Shown here piece after piece: positions 59,644 to 64,000 of a DNA stretch of 64,000 nucleotides. Source of the stretch: Amoebidium appalachense (Eukaryota > Protista > Ichthyosporea); the NCBI GenBank assembly GCA_963693365.1, contig CAVNZM010000002.1, positions 2,992,259 through 3,056,258 on the forward strand. Direction: 5' to 3'. The notes under the pieces were generated by a model. That model searched no databases. It was not told the origin of the DNA and was given only the letters and a program-made list of their open reading frames with translations. Each line of letters begins with the position of its first letter. The stretch's first letter is position 1. A program made the position numbers and the translations under genes.

Positions 59644-60076
59644 TGGATGTTGGCTTCGAGTACATTTATTTCTGCCTCTAAAAATTATGTCTCTTATTAT
59701 GGCAATGAATACCTTAAGCTACCTGATTGCGCAGCCCCCCCCCCCCCCCCCCCCCCCTCTCCTGCCCCCGCTGCCGAAAAGAAAGATGAATGCGTGTTGC
59801 ACGCACACCAACAGTCCCCCCCCCCCCCCCCTCCCCCCCTCCCCCCGCCGCCCCCCGGCCACCCCCCCTCTCCATCCCTCCCTTTGACACATAACACACA
59901 AAAAATGCATCGACACGGCACACAAGCACGCACGCGCACAACACACACACACACACTCGCATACATACACATGTACACCTACACGCATACACAGACACGC
60001 GCCTGGGCACCAAAGCACCTGCCCGCCCGCCCGCGCACACACACACACACGCACGCACGCACGCGGGCGCGCACCT

Positions 60077-60114
<38 letters not shown>

Positions 60115-60651
60115 CCACCTTCCCGTGGTGCAACATCTTCTCAGTCTACCCAACGCTGCCACATTTTGTGTGTCGGTCAGCAACAACGGTCGAACACCCC
60201 TGCACACTGCAGGTATGTTTTTAAAAATGGATTCAAAATTTAAAATATTGGCAGTCTATCAATGCTCCCAAGTCTTCCTCGGTTGTCCCAATAGATGTCC
60301 TTGTTTCTGCGATCTCTTTTTTCTTCATATTTGATGGTTTTCTCGGAAGACCTTAATCTTTATTCATTTTCACTTGTTTCCCTCCCCTCTTTTGTGCATT
60401 GTTATCACCTTACCTTTCCTTTTTTTCTTTGTCAGTTATTGGTTGGCTTCTGATAAAAGAATCTTTGTGGGAGAGTAAGCTGGGAGCTTGGAATTGAATA
60501 GGCAAGGGATCATTATCCCATGTCTGTGCATTTATAGACTCTTGCTGCCATTTGGAGTAAGATAAGGGCCCTTTGGGGAGGGGAGGGGGGGGGGGGGGGG
60601 AGGGGGGAGGGTATAGGTTGCTGATCCGAGTTATGTTTCTTGCGTGTATGT

Positions 60652-60689
<38 letters not shown>

Positions 60690-61611
60690 CCCAACATGGC
60701 CATGTGGAGGTGGTGAGGTGCATGCTGGACACCTTGCCAGAAATGAAAGAGGTATGTGAAAAGATGGAGGTAATCACTGACAAGTGGACGGGAAAGTGTG
60801 CACGTGTGTGTGTGTTGGGGGGGGGGGAGAGGGGGGGGGGGGGGGAGAGAGAGAGAGAGAGAGAAGGGGTGGGGGGGGGCTCTGTTGTTGCCTGCTGCAT
60901 TTTCGAAAACTGCATCGCAATAGATATAACAAATGGATAACAAATAGATATTTAAAATGAGATAGTTATAATTAAAACTAATGAATTAGAAATCGATTGG
61001 TTACAACTGATATCAAGTCGGTAGAAATTACTGTTGGCACCCATTCCTTTTTCATTACTCCGAAGTTAACGAGGTCAAAGTGAATTGTGTGGATGTGGGA
61101 AGGATGTGCTCATACACTCCACATGCGCGTGATTTTAGACTGGGGACAAAACGAAAGAACGTAGGGCAATCGATTTAGAATTTTAAGGTGGCTTGCGCAC
61201 AAACAGGTACAACACATAAATGCACATAAATTACTCAAACTCACACGACCAAGCACGCCCGTGTGCACATGCACATGCACACACCTGCCCCTACAGACAT
61301 GCACACAGGCACATGCCCGAGCACACACCTACATGCAAACACACATGCCGTTGCGCGCACACACACACGCCCGCCCGCACACACACACACACACACATAC
61401 ACACACACAAACACACACACACACACGCACACACACACACACACACACACACCCACATCGCACACACATGTGCGTGCACACACACACCGCACACACACAC
61501 ACACACGCACACGCACACGTACCCCCCCCCCCCACACACACACACACAAACACACGCACACACACACACGCACACCCACACACACACACACACACACACA
61601 TGCGCGCACGT

Positions 61612-61663
<52 letters not shown>

Positions 61664-61676
61664 GCACGCACACACA

Positions 61677-61707
<31 letters not shown>

Positions 61708-61774
61708 GCGTGCGCATACACACACACACACACACACACCCACACCGCACACACATGTGCGCGCACACACACCG

Positions 61775-61812
<38 letters not shown>

Positions 61813-61818
61813 CCACAC

Positions 61819-61865
<47 letters not shown>

Positions 61866-61872
61866 CGTGCGC

Positions 61873-61963
<91 letters not shown>

Positions 61964-61970
61964 CGTGCGC

Positions 61971-62046
<76 letters not shown>

Positions 62047-62281
62047 CACCTAGAGACAGCAGATACGTGTGGTACCACACCTCTCATTAGTGCCGTTCTG
62101 TCGGGCAGTCTGGAAACTCTCTCACTTCTGGTGGACAGGTGCAATCCCCCCCCCCCCCTCCCCCCCCCCCTCCCCCTGGGCGTTTTCCTGGTTTTTTTTT
62201 GTTTTTGTGAGTTTTGCGTTTGTCTTTCTACGGATCCACTCCATAACTCCGGTCCTCTTATGCATACACCTTTCCCTGCCC

Positions 62282-62321
<40 letters not shown>

Positions 62322-62851
62322 TTCCCCCGGTGCCCCTTCCTCCTCCTCCTCCCCACGGGGCTCTACTCATTATTCATACACATCTCTTATGCCCCTTTTT
62401 GCGAAATATGTATCGTGTGCTTGGTGAATGTGTGCTCTGTGCTCTGGAACACATTCTTACCCCCCCCCCCCTCCCGCCCCGATAAAAAAGAGGAAGAGGA
62501 AGAAAAAAAAGAAAAGAAAAAAAAACAAAAAAAAACATGAACAACCAGCCCTGATTCTTTCCCCACCCAGTTCCACCCATCTACCCACAAAACCTGCTAA
62601 ATGTGACCGTCATTTCCAAAAAAACAAAACAAGCAAACCACAAAAAAGAACAAAAAAAAACGGATAAAACTTCTTGAGGACCGGTAACTATTAAAGCAGT
62701 GAAGCAGTAGAAGCCTGGGATATGTTGATATGTTTTTCACACCTCCCCCCCTCCCCCCCTCCCCCCCTCCCCCCTCCCCCGCCTCCCCTCCCTGCCCCCA
62801 CACCAAAAAAGCAAACATGATGATGATGAAAGGTGGGCAGGGTGTGTGTGT

Positions 62852-62905
<54 letters not shown>

Positions 62906-63080
62906 AAGGGGGGGGAGGGGGTGGGGGAGGGGGGAGACCGAGAGAGAGAGGAGGTTTGAAAAAGACCCTGGCATTCACCACGTCCCACCACTGCTGCAAC
63001 CATTCGTAAGCATGAGTGTTCATGAATTCAAAATACACAGTTTAAGACACGCCCAGTACACATTTGTCTACACACACACA

Positions 63081-63123
<43 letters not shown>

Positions 63124-63312
63124 ACTCACACACACAGTTTTTTTCATGTAGTATTATTGGGAAGGAAAAAGTGGTGTTCGGGGGTTCTAATACCGTTGTT
63201 GGGTGCAGGTATGGGGTGAGTGTTGGGTCGGTGGACAAAACAGGCAAGCAGGCGATACACTGGGCAGCACAGACGGGATATGCGGAAATACTGAGATATC
63301 TGGTGGATAGAG
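56000..63312 (+). CDS. ANKRD16: Ankyrin-repeat protein, ANKRD16-like; continues past the right edge
   Basis: Exons 56000-56099, 56546-56652, 57833-57951, 58525-58589, 59313-59370, 60109-60212, 60690-60751, 62047-62138, 63209-63312, all phase-consistent. Signature '[62 protein letters not shown]' recognised from memory of ANKRD16. Confidence 0.82.
56963..57008. repeat. Perfect 29-bp palindrome plus a third arm copy
   Basis: CAAGGCCTCCTACT-T-AGTAGGAGGCCTTG, then AGTAGGAGGCCTTG again. Confidence 0.85.
57354..57492. mobile_element. Subfamily A truncated copy, reverse orientation
   Basis: Reverse complement of ~469-608; ends CATTCAA then a C run. Confidence 0.75.
61260..62046. repeat. ~790-bp imperfect (CA)n tract ending exactly at an ANKRD16 splice acceptor
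   Basis: ...ACACACAG|CACCTAGAG. Confidence 0.9.
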
Positions 63313-63339
63313 GTGTGTCTTTATATATTTATTATGATA

Positions 63340-63373
<34 letters not shown>

Positions 63374-63383
63374 TGTGTGGGTG

Positions 63384-63415
<32 letters not shown>

Positions 63416-63438
63416 TGTGGGTGGGTGTTCGTGCGTGC

Positions 63439-63520
<82 letters not shown>

Positions 63521-64000
63521 AAATATTGGGATACCTTATGGATTAGGGTATGTGTGCTTGTATGTATACGTACACATACTGAAATATCTGATGGATAGAG
63601 GCATGTGCCTATATACATGCATGTGTATCATGGGGCGGGGGCGGACGGGGGGGGGGGGGGGGTGGGGGCGGGTTGAAGTTACCATGTGCGTTTTTTTTGA
63701 GAAGTTGAATCACATCGGTAGAAGGAGAAGGAAAGGGGAATTGACATACGGACCAAAACGTATGCAGATCATGTCACTGGTTGTGTGTGTTTGGGGGGGG
63801 GGGGGGGGGGGGGAGGGGGGAGGGGGAGGGGAAGGGAGGGGGGTGCACACTGTCAACAAAAGTATCTTTACTGAGACTGGGCTCGGTCTGATGCTAACTG
63901 GGAATACTCCGTGGACAGTCACACACACTTTCTCAGTTTTCTCAATCTCATGCAATCGCGCACGTAGAAGCACATATACAGGCCACATTTGCACACACAC

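Overview
Eukaryotic, intron-rich genomic DNA. The histone sequences and gene content look holozoan (possibly a unicellular relative of animals; inference only). Introns are packed with poly-C/poly-G runs and (CA)n/(CT)n microsatellites, so almost all entries in the ORF track are spurious. Manual spliced reconstruction gives: a MUS81-like structure-specific nuclease carrying an R3H-like insert (minus strand, runs off the left edge); a gene with tandem CxHx5CxxC repeats; a 24-exon IQ-DH-PH-HR1-like RhoGEF; a four-gene core histone cluster in an unusual H2B<->H3 / H4<->H2A divergent pairing, each gene with a 3' stem-loop and a shared downstream element; an intact poly(A)-tailed non-LTR-type reverse transcriptase with no recognisable endonuclease, sitting between H2B and H3; and an ANKRD16-like gene (runs off the right edge). 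A dispersed family of structured short elements is always anchored on a poly-C/G run and truncated at the other end. Homopolymer lengths and the single H2A stop codon may be sequencing artefacts.
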